Positions 36,115 to 48,476 of a stretch of DNA of 64,000 nt are shown in pieces; position 1 is the first letter of the stretch, and each line of letters begins with the position of its first letter. The notes under the pieces were generated by a model. It ran no database searches, was not told where the DNA came from, and saw only the letters and a list, made by a program, of their open reading frames with translations. The stretch covers positions 14,886,770-14,950,769 of the forward strand of contig CM119271.1 in assembly GCA_051294375.1 (NCBI GenBank), written 5' to 3'. The translations under genes were made by a program, and so were the position numbers. This stretch comes from Paraspadella gotoi (taxonomy: Eukaryota; Animalia; Chaetognatha).

Positions 36115-36866
36115 ATGTTTCCACTTTGTCTCCAAAATGGAATCGTCTCGTGTCCTCGACTCATTCCGCGTCTCTTTCCCTTCTCCGCCCAAATTGGGAC
36201 GAAATCATCCGACCTTGAAGATCGATGGAGAAGCATCGACTCTTACAAGTGGTTTTTGCCGATTCAGACCAGATGGAAGGTAGACTTCTTACTTTCAATC
36301 TCCTCTATCTTTCTATATAAAAAAATAGCCATTTTGAATATAAGGACAACGATCAATATGGGCACGTGAACAACGCCGTGTTTCAATCCTACTTTGACTC
36401 TGTGGTTAACGTCTTTCTAATTCGTTTCTGCCGACTCGATGTTCAAACGAATAGATCCAAAGCCGTTGCCTTTATTGTGGAGAATTCCTGCCAATTTTAC
36501 CAGCCCATCCAATTTCCTAACATTCCTTTAGGTAAAACTTTTTAGTTTAATAATTAATGTACTTATATTAATTAAATTGACTAACATTTGGTCACTCCTA
36601 CTACAGTCGGTTTGACGATCAATCATCTGGGCAACAGTTCTATTCGCTATCAACTGGGTATCTTTAAGCCTCAGAGTGAAACAGACCCGCCCAGCGGTCT
36701 TAACTTTTGCAGGGGTCATCGTTTTGGAGATGAAATCCTTTCGAAATTTAAGGGTGACGCTTTGGCCACTGGGACATTCGTCCATGTGACTGTTGACGGT
36801 CAGACGAACCGTCCAGTTCCGGTGCCTGATAATTGGCGAACTCAGTTTAGGGATATTTTAATGTAA
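36115..36866 (+). CDS. Hotdog-fold acyl-CoA thioesterase (4HBT/YbgC-like), copy 2, 3 exons
   Basis: Exons 36115-36279, 36345-36531, 36607-36866. IQTRWK|DNDQYGHVNNAVFQSYFD, HLGNSSIRY, ATGTFVHVTVD. Confidence 0.88.
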
Positions 36867-37202
36867 ATTGTGTTCGTTTTCTTGACCTTTTTTATAGTTG
36901 TTTACCACCTTCATCATGATTTAATGATCAGTTTTCATAGTTACATTTATTCGGTTTTACTTTTGTTTTAACAAAGACCGATACATTTTATTAATAGTAT
37001 ACAGTTTGTATAGCTATCCCAAAAAAATACCTGAAAAAATAACAAAAAACAAAAAAAAAAAACAAAAAATAAAATGAAGCTTATTGTCACGGCTCAGATT
37101 TTCGTTGTCCTAGTATTCTTTTGTCTTTTTGCCCATTGAGTAATAATTACATTGAACAATATAAATACCAAACTATGGTATAAAAACTGTATTTAACCAT
37201 TA

Positions 37203-37939
37203 CAGAAGGCTTCATATTATAAAATGTGGTACCCCTTTTTTGTGACCAGAACACGTTCCGAGACAACTACTGAATAAAATTTAATGAAATTTTGCATGCA
37301 GAGTACCAGTAGTAATACAAATGGTACTATCGAGGCGAATTTTTACATTCACCCCTAAGCTGAGATAAGGGGCCCTGAGGGGGCAGCCCCTGAGGGGGCA
37401 GCCCCTGAGGGCAAAAAATGGTCAAAATTTTTTTAAAAATTTTTCTATTATTTTTGTTTTGAACAGTTGCACAGACGTTTACTCTTCCACAAAAACGTAT
37501 TTATTACCTCAAAAATATTCATTTACCTTAATTTTTAGCTTCATGAACATCAGCAGTTAAAGTCAGATTTGGAATAATTTAGGAAAATTGGAAGTAAAAC
37601 GATGAACCTTGCATCTTCAACCATGCTTAATTATTGCAAATTGATCAATTTTAGTTCTAAAATGTTTTTTTCTTATGTTTAAAACGCCAATGCACCTGAT
37701 GCTACTAAAAATTTTGAAAAAAAAAAAATTTTAGCATTTTTTGGCCCCCCAGGGGTCCACCCCCAGGGCCTTGTATCTCTTGTCAGGGGTTGAATATCAA
37801 AATTCGCCTCGATAGTTCCATCTATATAGTCATTAGCACTCTAAATGTATAATTTCATTAAATTCGATTGGGCAGTTTGGTAGGAACAGATTCTGGTCAC
37901 AAAAAAGGGGTACCACATTTTATAATATGAAGCCTTCTG
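37203..37939. mobile_element. Tc1/mariner-type MITE with long TIRs (737 bp)
   Basis: TA|CAGAAGGCTTCATATTATAAAATGTGGTACCCCTTTTTTGTGACCAGA and its near-exact inverse ending CTG|TA; imperfect inverted similarity extends about 200 bp (ACTATCGAGGCGAATTTT / AAAATTCGCCTCGATAGT). Confidence 0.92.
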
Positions 37940-37959
37940 TACTTAATCCGTTAAAAAAG

Positions 37960-38509
37960 GACAATGACCAATACGGTCACGTGAACAACGCCGAGTACCG
38001 ATCCTACTTCGACACCGCAGTCAACATTTTCCTCCTTCGTTTCTGTGATCTCGACGTCAAATCCTCTTCTTCCAAAGCCCTCGCTTTCATGGTGGGCAAC
38101 TCTTGTCAATTTTACAAGCCCATTCAGTATCCCAGCGTTCAATTAGGTGAACATTTTGCAAATTCACTTCATTTGTTTCTAAAATGAGGTTATTTTTTGT
38201 TTCACACCCCCCCCCCCGTCAATTCCCGATCCAATCTTGAATCTAAAAGTCGGCCTGGCCCTGGGTCCACTCGGCAACAGTTCGGTCCATTACCAAATGG
38301 GTCTCTTTCGACCTTTGAGCGAGACTGTCCACCCCGGCCGATTGGACCTTTTCGAGGGTCATCGACGCGGGGACGAGATCCTCGCCAAGTTCGATCCCGA
38401 GGCCGCCGCCACCGGAACCGCCGTCCGCGTTACGATTGACGGTCGAACCAAAAAACCAGTTGCGATTCCGAAACAATGGAAACAACAGTTTGCTGATATT
38501 TTGATTTGA
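37960..38509 (+). CDS. Hotdog-fold thioesterase copy 3 (exons 2-3 only; own exon 1 not found)
   Basis: Exons 37960-38146 and 38250-38509. DNDQYGHVNNAEYRSYFD, PLGNSSVHY; same intron positions as copies 1 and 2. Confidence 0.78.
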
Positions 38510-38647
38510 TTCCGTTTCTTACGAAGATGAACTTTTAATTTTGCCGGCAAAATTACCCTTTCCCCTCATCCTCGCCTTCCTTTTTACGTGGTTTTACTTC
38601 AGGTATATAGTCCAATGACAATCATTTAGTGACAATTTCATCGTTAA

Positions 38648-39232
38648 ATGGAAAATCACCACCAAGCCCATTCGCTGACGGGAGTGAATGGCAGCGTTCT
38701 GGGATTGCCGACTCATTTGGTGAGACGTTTGTTGAGCATTGTCATGGGAACCGAAAACTCCAAGTCGGTGCCACTTTTCCGCTCCCCCAATGGCTACCTC
38801 CAGCCCCTCTCCAGCTCCTACCCGCGAATCTCCATCCATGGCGGCGTCGTCCGCGCTCGCCACGTGCCCCGGTTCCGATCCGCCGTCGCGCCCGCTTTCG
38901 CCGCGACCGTTTCCGCGCCTCCCCACCGCGAGCCCATGACCGACGCCCCACTCAACGCACGCGTGATGGGCGACAACCGCGCCGGGCAACGGCTGCATTT
39001 GGCGGCGCTACTGCGGGACGTCGGCTTCCGCGCTCTGACGCGTCGTGACCTGGCGCGGATCCACCTGCGGATTTTGGGCATCGTCGCCAAGGAGACGCTA
39101 GTTTCCGCCATCGTCGCCTTCGGACTTTGGCTCGTCCTGGCACGCCTCGATCTCCGACCCTCCTTCAAAAACGTCGCCGTAGTTTCACTTATTTGCGTCG
39201 GAAGAAACGTCAGATATTATTATTTTCGGTGA
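38648..39232 (+). CDS. Single-exon orphan protein, 194 aa, hydrophobic C-terminal segments
   Basis: Open ATG-TGA frame with host-like GC-rich codons; LVSAIVAFGLWLVLA and VAVVSLICVG; no family recognised. Confidence 0.6.
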   Translation: MENHHQAHSLTGVNGSVLGLPTHLVRRLLSIVMGTENSKSVPLFRSPNGYLQPLSSSYPRISIHGGVVRARHVPRFRSAVAPAFAATVSAPPHREPMTDAPLNARVMGDNRAGQRLHLAALLRDVGFRALTRRDLARIHLRILGIVAKETLVSAIVAFGLWLVLARLDLRPSFKNVAVVSLICVGRNVRYYYFR

Positions 39233-39667
39233 AGGACTGAATCGCGAAATGACCTCGTCGAAATTAGCGAAATCTCTCTCGCCTTTTATTCTTGTTTATA
39301 GTCATTAATTTCAAAAATATAGTACCCTATTGTTTACGTAGGAAAGTCTTTTATGCAAAGATCGCGCCCTAGTCGAACGTCGACTAAAAATATTATTTTT
39401 TTTTAGCTTGCGGATTTTTGAACGATTTTTATTTTTAAATTTTACCATTTTTTATTAGTTATATATTTTTTAAAAATGACTGGTTTTTTAAATTAAAGCT
39501 GAAAAGATAACCTTTCATAAAACTGTTATCTCGATATTCCTGGGCTTCCAATCAAAACAATCCTTTCGCTTTCTTTCGGGCTTCACAAAGAGAAACAACC
39601 CCCCCCCCCCGCGCGCTTGGAGATTATCCCCTTCGTTTCTCTTTCTCTCTCTGCCTCTTTCTAAAAG

Positions 39668-42600
39668 ATGGCCGACGTTGCTCAGCCCCTCCGCTGCCAC
39701 CTGGTGACGTCCTCGACGGGAGAATCACCGTCTCCGTCTCCTCGATCCAAGCGGCGCTACAGCTTCGTGGACAACGGGAGCGAGGCCGACGCCATCCAGC
39801 GGCCCGTCGACGCCGACAAGACTCTCGTTGTCGACGACGAAGATCAGGACGCCTTCGCCGCTTGCGACACGACCACCGTCTCCGCTGCAGAAGATAAAGG
39901 GCGGGAGAAGAGGGTTGAGGAGGATGGCGGGAAAGGATCGTCCAGGTTGGTTCGCGGATGTTGATAATTTGAAATGTTATTAAATAATATAGTAATGTTT
40001 TTACTAATTTTGCAGACCCGAATCTCGGTTTGACGAGGGTTTTGTCGCCGACGATCCGTTCGGCGACGAGGAGACCACAGTAGACTCCTCCAAGCCGCCT
40101 CGCCCGCCGCCGTCTCACCCGGCTCCCGCCAGCGTTTTACCAACTCCGAACGCCTTTGCATCCGTTTTCCAATCTTTTCCGACTTTGAAGCCCGAAGCGG
40201 CGCGCCAGTCCGGCGTCGTTCCAGTCATTTCTGGGCCGGCCACCGTCGACGATCCTTTTCGCCATCACCGACGCCCGAAACCTATCGTCAAAGCCAAGGA
40301 CGTTCCTCCTTCTCTTCCTTTTCCCAAACTGGAAGGCGAAGTCTACGACGCCGTCGCCGACGGGACCGACTCTGACTGCGGCAGCGTCTCCACTGTCTCC
40401 AGCTTCGGCTGCGGCGACAGCGGCGTCTCCGACTTCAGCTCCAGCGCTTCCTGTCACGAGGAGCAGCCGGGAAAGCTGTTCGTCGGGTCGCTGGCCGCCT
40501 CCGTGACCGAGCAAGATCTTTACAAATATTTCTCGCAATTCGGCGACGTCAAGAGTTGCTTCATCAAATTCGATCTCGGGACAAACAAAAGTCGGGGATT
40601 TGGCTTTGTCGTTTTTAGGTTCGCCCGTTTATGATGGAATGAGAGAGAGAGAGAGAGGGTGGAAAAGTTTGAGAAAATAATTAAAATTTACAGAAATAAA
40701 ATTGTTAAAACTATTATTATAGTTATTATTATGATTATTATTATTAATTTAATAAATAAGATATCTTGCCCCTGAATTTGGACAGGCTATGGTGGCTTAA
40801 AGCCTCCATCACTATTACAACATTTTGACTTAATTTTGTTTAATATTTTAACATCAGAGATGCGGATGTCATTAACACCGTCATGGGATACAAGGGATTA
40901 TCGGAGTCGAACCCCGATGGTTTACCACAGGTGAAGATGTATTTCAACCGCGAATTATTATTATTGATCCATAAATTATATGAGCAAGAATGGAAATTAT
41001 AAATACAAAACTACTAAAGCTTCTTTTCTCATATATCCAGTCCCGCGCTCATGTGATCCACGGTCGGCCCATCCACGTCCGTAAAGCGAAACCCATCGCG
41101 GAGATGAAGCGGATTCGCCTCAAGGACGACTTCGACGAGGCGCAGCACAAACGGGTCTTCATCGGAGGCGTCCCGCTCGAGGTCACCGAAGAGGTCATCC
41201 AAACTCACTTCAGCAAGGTGGGTGGGGGGGAATCTTTTAGGGGTGGCCCGGGGGCGGGGGTTTCGATTTAATTTGCTCTATTATTTTTTTGGCGTCTTCT
41301 TCAGGTGGGACCTGTGGAAAAAGTAATCCTCATCTTCGGGACTTCAGAGAATGACAATGGACGTCACCGCGGAATTGGGTTCGTCACCTTTGCACAGAGA
41401 CAGCACGCCGAGTCCGCCATCAGGATAAGGTGGGTTGTTTAAAGGTCAGGAAGGATCCTTCGTCATTCGGGACCATTTTTGAAATGGTTGATTAATGATT
41501 ATATTATCATTACGCTGATATCATTGTTCAGGTACCACGCCATCCCCGAGCACTTTTGCACCATTGAGTGCAAACCCGCCATCCAGAAAGGGGACAAGTC
41601 TCACCAAGATTCCTCTAACGTCAACCTTACCCTCGCGGATTTTCAGACGGAAATAGCGGCCACTCAACTTCAACAGCAGCAGGAGTTCGTCAAGGCCGGG
41701 CTGCTGCCGACACCGATTCACAAAACACCCGTAGCCGCCGCAGCTGCAGCGGCCTACCGCCGCGCCACCGTTCAAGCGCCATCCATCGAGGTCGCGCCGG
41801 TCCCTTGCGCGGCCGGGTGGAACTGCGCCGCTCCTCAACAGGATCTTCGTCCTGCCTCGGCTCTTTCCGTCGAGAGCGGTTACAGCGGCAGCTGCGGCGG
41901 CAGCGTTCGATCGACTTCTCCCGCGGATCTGGACAGTGTCGGCACCGCTGCCGCCGCCACCCAGTTACAAGGGCGGACCGGTGGCTGTCATCCGGCACGG
42001 GTGGTCGCCGCCGAAAAAACTGATAGATGGCGGTCGGCGGGAAATTGGCAACAACAGGTTTCATCTCGATCTCAATGGCGCGGACCCCAAGCCGATCATT
42101 GTACTTCGGAGCGACCTCTTATGTCGGGGCCACGAGGAGGGGCGTCGCGAGCCGACGCCTGGGGCCGCGAAATGAGCGCGGACGCCATAGAAACTCTGGC
42201 CAGAGCCGCGCAGAATATGAGGCTGGACGGAGGTTGGGGCGGGGACGAAATTCCCCACTTCATTCAGCGCCAGGTCGCCTGGCCCAATTGCTCGTCCAGC
42301 GCCCGTCACCCGGCTCTCGACGGCGGGTTGGGTCTCAATCCTTACGGCACGAATCTCACTTTCACTCAACCCGAGGACGTGGAGAGGGTCCTCGCCAATC
42401 AGTTCCCCCAACGCGCCTTCGCCGACGCCGGCAAAAGGTGGCGCGGTTGGTACGGCATCGGCGGTGGCGCCTGTTTAGATTTGGGCGCCGGCGGGTTTTC
42501 CTCGACCGGGGCGTCCAACGCCGCCGCCAAGTACGAGTGGAACCATTGGCACCGCGGGGGCGACGAAGGCGTAGAGGCGGAGACGGAGGTTGGCGACGGC

Positions 42601-42729
42601 GCCGCCCAAGACGCCGACGAGATTAAGAGCTTCAAAGATCTGCCCTTTGTACCATTTCGGCGCCTCACTTTTTTGCGAGGCATCAACGAGGACGATTGTT
42701 CCAACGGGTTCGATGTTTACGTCGCTTAA
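39668..42729 (+). CDS. Two-RRM RNA-binding protein (Musashi/hnRNP A-B-D-like) with long low-complexity termini, 6 exons
   Basis: Exons about 39668-39945, 40016-40618, 40858-40930, 41041-41217, 41305-41429, 41532-42729. RNP2 KLFVGSL, RNP1 SRGFGFVVF; second RRM RVFIGGV and RGIGFVTF. Confidence 0.88.
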
Positions 42730-44757
42730 GAAATTGAGGCATGTTCTGTTTTTAAGCGTTTGAGGAGAAAAAAAAATGGGGGGGGGGGCCTTTGGCTAGG
42801 CTTCGTGATCCTTAACGCGGGTTTTAAAGAGCCATTGTGGGCTTTAGCCTTGAACTTTGGAGGGATTTAGAACGATTAATCGATTATGTCGAAGCTCGAG
42901 TCATCATTATGACCCTTTTTTCGTTGCAAGAGGCTTCGATGAGTTGTATCCTAATTCCCAACTGATTTTCGTTCGAGATTCGTGGAGTTTTTATCAAAAC
43001 TTACGCGGGTTTTTTTCCCTTCGGTTTGGGGAGTGACAGAGAAATAGTCAATATTCTTGCCTTTACTCCCAAATTTATTCAAAAAAAAAAAAATCTGTGA
43101 TAATTTTTATTTTTAATTCGGCGATTATTTTTTATTTTATCATTTCCGATTCAATCATGCTTTGTGATTATGTTTCTCAAACCTATGTGATATACGTCAG
43201 AGAATAAAATATTAACAGTATAACTTTTTTAGCGACATTAAAATCAGCCTTTTTCCTCACTCATTTTTATCTCAAGCTTTGTTTTTATTACTCAGTAGTG
43301 GAAAAATAAAAGGTCTTCTCACTTTTTTCCAAGTATTTGACGCCCTTTTTGTAGCTACGCCTTAGCTTTCTGTCTACAATATTGTTTTTTTAACATTATT
43401 ATTATTATTTTATTATCTTACAGAAACGGCTGACGAAAACTTTTTTGTAGACTTTTTTCAATCAATAACGATTGTTTTAAGAATATAAAAACTAAAGTAT
43501 TATTTCCGTTGTTCAATATTATTAAAAATGAATAATTCCAGCAATGGTTAGAATAATTTGATATAGCTAGCTAATGCTTGCTCCCTTGTAAGTTTTCTTC
43601 TCGTGAGAAGCGACAATCGTCACATCCGAATTTGATTTATAAAGAAGATAGAAGCCGCATTTGATTTCTAAAAATATAATAGATCATCCATTTTTTTAGT
43701 TATTAGCGTTAGCATTAGCGTTCCTTTGTACAAAGACGAAAGAAATAAAGACATTGTTAAGCTAGTTAAATTTTATCACTTACCATCTCCAGAAAATGGT
43801 AAAAAAAAAAAATACCCGTAGCTTTAGTTTGGGCTTTGCCTTTTTTCTCCAGAAAACTTTTTTTTGGTCATCGTTATTAAAATCTATCATCAGAAAAAAT
43901 ATACAATGGCTTAGACTAGGAAGTCTTGGCCTCGACCTCTATTTTTATAATTAATTTGCGATTTCATCCAAGCCTCAGCTTCTCGTGAAAAGTTTGTAAT
44001 TAACCGCGAGCACTTTTCACTTTTTAGTTTTCAGTTAATGTCCGACAAAATTGTAAAAGAAAAAAAAATTCCGATCGGAAACCAACGATTTCCGCCAAAG
44101 AAACTGAGACTTTTTTATGAACAAAAAGGCGACATTCTCTCTTCCCCCGACTGAACTATCTCCATCCCTTTGACCTCCCAACCTCAGACACTCGGCCCCC
44201 CCCTATGCCGATTCATTTTTGTGGCGCCCTCCAGATTTTTTTTTCTCCAGGGCTTTCCATTATTTTCTATTCTATTTTGGCGGAGGCTCAGTTTTGTTCC
44301 CTTCTCATTGTATCTGTCTCCTTTTGATTTGTCACGTGATTCTTCTCATTTTAATCCGACTAAAAATGTGAAGAGGTCAGGTGATTCCAATGACCAGGGA
44401 TCCCTACGAGCTAACGAACGAGGATATGAAAAAAAATGGTTTTGGGGCATAAAACGAAAAAGGAAACCCAATCCCATCTGATTTCGAGTAAACCTGGCGA
44501 CGCTCGGTCAGTTTAAGGTTAACTTATTGTGGCCAAAGCTAACTCTGCTGATCGAGTTTTCTTGGCTCCGGCTGGTCGCCATTTTCGGATTTTTACGATC
44601 GATCGATCGGTAAGAATGAAAATGGGGGGGGGGGAGACTAAGCAATGAAAGAACCCGAATTCAGCCATAAGCATAAATCTCTATTTTCGTAGAAATCAAA
44701 AATTAGTTGCAGTAGAAATCTATATAATAGAAGAGGAGAAATAGAGAGAATAAAAAA

Positions 44758-45109
44758 ATGTTATTGTAGGTGAAAATATTTTGAGATTGTGAAGAGGTAG
44801 AAAAGAAGTGAGCTGAGCCCACTCCGATTCCACTGACATTAACAGCGGGACCAACATGACCATACGGTCTTCTCGGTCCTATTGATGTGTTCAGTCAGGT
44901 CATTGTCATTGCCAAAGCTGGGGAAAAGTAAACGTGGTGACCGACTGGCCGGAGGTAGAGAAGAAGGAAGGTTATTTTTACTGAGACCTGGGTTAAGTCG
45001 CCTACTGGTGACTCGAATTGACCTCAGTCATCAAGATGACCTCGGTCACAAAGAATTCTTTCACCGAACTACAGTGAAGCGAGAGAACTATTTAATGTAA
45101 CGAGTAACA
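44758..45109. mobile_element. LTR-like dispersed repeat; partial copy at 17523-17594
   Basis: Reverse complement of 45003-45080 (CTTCACTGTAGTTCGGTGAA...GGTCATCTTGATGACTGAGGTCAATT) matches 17523-17594; possible TGTTA...TAACA ends; no TSD. Confidence 0.45.
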
Positions 45110-46117
45110 ACTTTGTGTTAAATTAATTTTATTTATGATTTTAAAAAGCCCTTTTAAGCTATTCCCATCCATATTAAATAAGTAATAACTGGATAGTTGT
45201 TTATTTAGGAGGTATTTCATTCATATTAGTTTATGATACAGATGCATACGAACATGCATACGAAATGGAAGATAGAATTCTATCTTTTAATGCTATATAT
45301 TATGTATACATGTCTACACAAGTATACTCATGTCTTGAACGCATATCCGGTTAAGTTCTTAAAAGTTAAATGTCTCGCCTTTCATAACTCCCGAGCTCAT
45401 TGGATCGGGCAGTCGATTCGCCGAGGATTTTGAACTTTCCCTCTTTTCATTCATCCGATCCGATTCTTCACTGAAGAATCTTCAGTCTTTCTTCGTCGCT
45501 AAATTCGGGAGCGAATATCGTTGGGTTCTGCGCAAGAAGGAAGAGCGAACAGAGACGGAAGAGGAGAAAGATAGAGGTAGAGACGTCCGCGGGTGTCGCT
45601 GTCGATGCTCTCTCTCTCTCTCGTCTGCTTGGCCCAATTCCTTCGCCAAACAAATCATGGCGTCTCGCTCTCTCTCTCTCTCTCCGTCGTTCTTTTTACC
45701 CGTTTCTTTTTTCTCTCTCTCTCCCCCCACTTCCGGTTGATTAGAGTCGTGAGTCCGACGCTTTTAATCTGTTGTTGTTGTTGTTGTTTACGTTACAACG
45801 GAATTTCCCATTTCCGGTTTTGTCATTGCATTGATTCCAGTCGAAAGCGAGTAAAATGGGTCTCACCGGTCTCGCAAGGCCTGGCAAGAGCCAAGTATAA
45901 ATTTACCAAACAAGATTGTAAGTTATTGCACTTGTGTATTTCCTAAACTGGCGCAAGAGGACGGTTATTATTTAAGTCGCAACCCTGATAGAACCATGTG
46001 TGTCACTCGCATATCTGTTTCAGACTTTGTTCATATATGGCGTATCATTTTTTGTAACACGAAAACTTTTTCTGAAAGAAAAAAAAACTGGCGCAACTGT
46101 GAATCTTCGTTACCACA

Positions 46118-48284
46118 ATGAATTTAAAGATCTCATCTTTGGCTCGGTCTTTGCTGCGAGCTCGAGCAACGACGTCCCAAGTCTCGATCCCGGCGTCTTT
46201 CCAGTGTCTTATTTCGGCGGCGCCTCCATTCTTAGAGACGTCTCAGTTCCGCCGCTCTCACACGGTAAAGGACTCCATGCCCGGCGACAAAATCTCTCTA
46301 AAGGATGTCGACCCTATCGAAGCGACCCGGCCGTTTTTCGACCAAGACCACGGCGCGCACCAGTACCAGATTCACGAGATTTACGCAGCAATTACTGGTG
46401 AGAGTGATATCGTTAAAATATCTGGCATTTTGAATCTGATTTGATTGAAGGAGGCGACTACATTTCTCGACACCGCGCGCAGATTTGACAGGTGGCAAGA
46501 GAACTTTCACCCAGAAGCTCGATTTACTGATAGAGCATGTGGCGAGCACCGTGGACAGCGATACCAAAACTATGGCAGACAGTTTCCAGGTGGCCTGGGT
46601 CCGACTCTCAGATCCAGCCATAAGAGAAAGGTATATCAATGTTCACATGCACGTGCGCCTCGGAGTCCTTCTCGAAGATTTGGACGCCTTCAGCGTCTGG
46701 ATTGGTTTCGTGCACAATCATAAGATCCTGAGAGACCCCAGTATCTCATCCAAGTTTAAGGTGGGAAGTTAATAAAATATTGGGAGGTGCTCGTTTCCGT
46801 TGGTTATTATGTGAAAATGTGAATGTTGATTGACGAGAGCTTTCTTTCTTCAACCATTGCTTTCGACGAAAAGAGTCCCGTAACGATAGTGACAGCATCA
46901 GTCGATCGCATCTACTTGAAAAAAGGCGATATAGACGCCACCCAGGACGTCAAACTCGTGGGTTGCGTCACCTGGGTCGGCACCTCCTCTATGGAAGTGA
47001 CGATACAGCTCCGGCGCCAAAGCCAAGACCCTACAGAAAACGAGATGGAGGTGCTGCTCCAGGCCCGCTTCAACGTCTCCGCCCGTCATCCTGTGACTTT
47101 AGGCAGCGAGAAAGTGTCGTCGCTCAAACCCGAGGGTCCTACTCAAATGATGCTGTTTGACTTCGGGGTTGAGAGCGCCATAAAACGAAAGAACGAGAGC
47201 TCAGAGTCTCTCTTCGTGACGAGCCCCTCGGCGGAGGAATCCGTTCTGCTTCATCAACTCTTCCTCGACACTCTCGACCAGGAGCGAAGCTACTTCGACT
47301 TGCGACTCATTCCCGACGACGCCGTCTGGATGGAGAAGACTTCCCTGCAGAACGTCTTCGTGACTCAACCGCAAGAGCGCAACGTTTATCACAAAATCTT
47401 CGGCGGCTACTTGATGCGCATCGCCTACGAGCTCGCCGACGCCAACGCGACGCTCTTTTCTCCTTCTCGCCCCATTCCCTACTTTGTGGACACCATCATC
47501 TTTCGGAGGTCGGTCGACCTCGGCCACCTGCTCTTTCTATCTTGTCAAGTCGTCTACTCCAAGGACACCCGCATGCAGGGGCGTATATTTTCTTTCCTTC
47601 CTTTTCAGTTGCGCCGCGAGTACTCGCCTCCGTCGGTCTCTCACCATTTACGTTAAAAAAAGCTCATAATTCGCTTATACTTGGTTTGCTCATTTGGGAA
47701 AAACCTGAATTCTAACTTCTAAGTTAAAGAATTCTCATATAAATTATATAAAATAAAAGACGAGATTCCTATGCAGTACGTGATCACAAAGTAAATGCGG
47801 CATATTTTGGTATATTCTGGTTGTTTTAAATGAAACTTTGAAAAGTAGTGACATGTTATACATAAATTTCATAGTCATGTGATCACGAGGAAGTATGATG
47901 AAATACACGTAAAAAGAAAGTCACTGCGGCGCAACTCATTATTGGATGGACCGAAATTTTTTTGGTTTTTTTGTTGGCTTTCTTTCGTCTTCGGAGAAGG
48001 ATATTTTCAGTTAAATTATTTATTCATACTCTTTCCCTTCCATCTCATCTGGTGTCGTGCAGACTCGGGTCTTGGCAGAGTCCTTGGACCCAAAGTTCGG
48101 CGTGAAAAAGGTCACCAATGTTTTCTACTTCACCTTTGAAAACGTTAGCGGGCAAATGATGCCGACGGTGTTGCCTCGCTCCTATTCCGAATGCATGCTG
48201 TATATCGACGGAAGGCGTCATTTCAAGAGAGTCATTAACGAGAGAGAAAAGGAAAAGAAAAGGCAGCTGCACAAGTTGACGTGA
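46118..48284 (+). CDS. ACOT9: Mitochondrial double-hotdog acyl-CoA thioesterase 9-like, 4 exons
   Basis: Exons 46118-46397, 46492-46760, 46874-47578, 48063-48284. VRLGVLLEDLD, SPVTIVTASVDRI, VTWVGTSSMEV, PQERNVYHKIFGGYLMRIAYELA, TNVFYFTF..VLPRSYSECMLYIDGRRHF. The last donor is non-canonical as written. Confidence 0.92.
47607..47936. mobile_element. MITE with 11-bp TIR in last ACOT9 intron
   Basis: AGTTGCGCCGC (47607-47617) / GCGGCGCAACT (47926-47936); interior homologous to the reverse complement of 54424-54842. Confidence 0.75.
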
Positions 48285-48476
48285 ACAGAGGGGCTTGCGT
48301 GTTGTCGGTGCTTAGACTTAGTTTGTTTTTGTCCACATTTTTTATTTATTGTCAATTTCATAAGCGTCCCTTCTTTTTCTAATCCACCATTTTTTTCATT
48401 TTTACAAACGATAAAGAATAAATACATATAATTTAAATACAAACTTATAAGCGGTTTTGAAGTAAATCGCTAAAGG

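Noticed and set aside
44505-44582. Antizyme-like ORF1 with +1 frameshift
   Set aside because: Stop context is AAC TGA, not TCC TGA, and no antizyme ORF2 follows.
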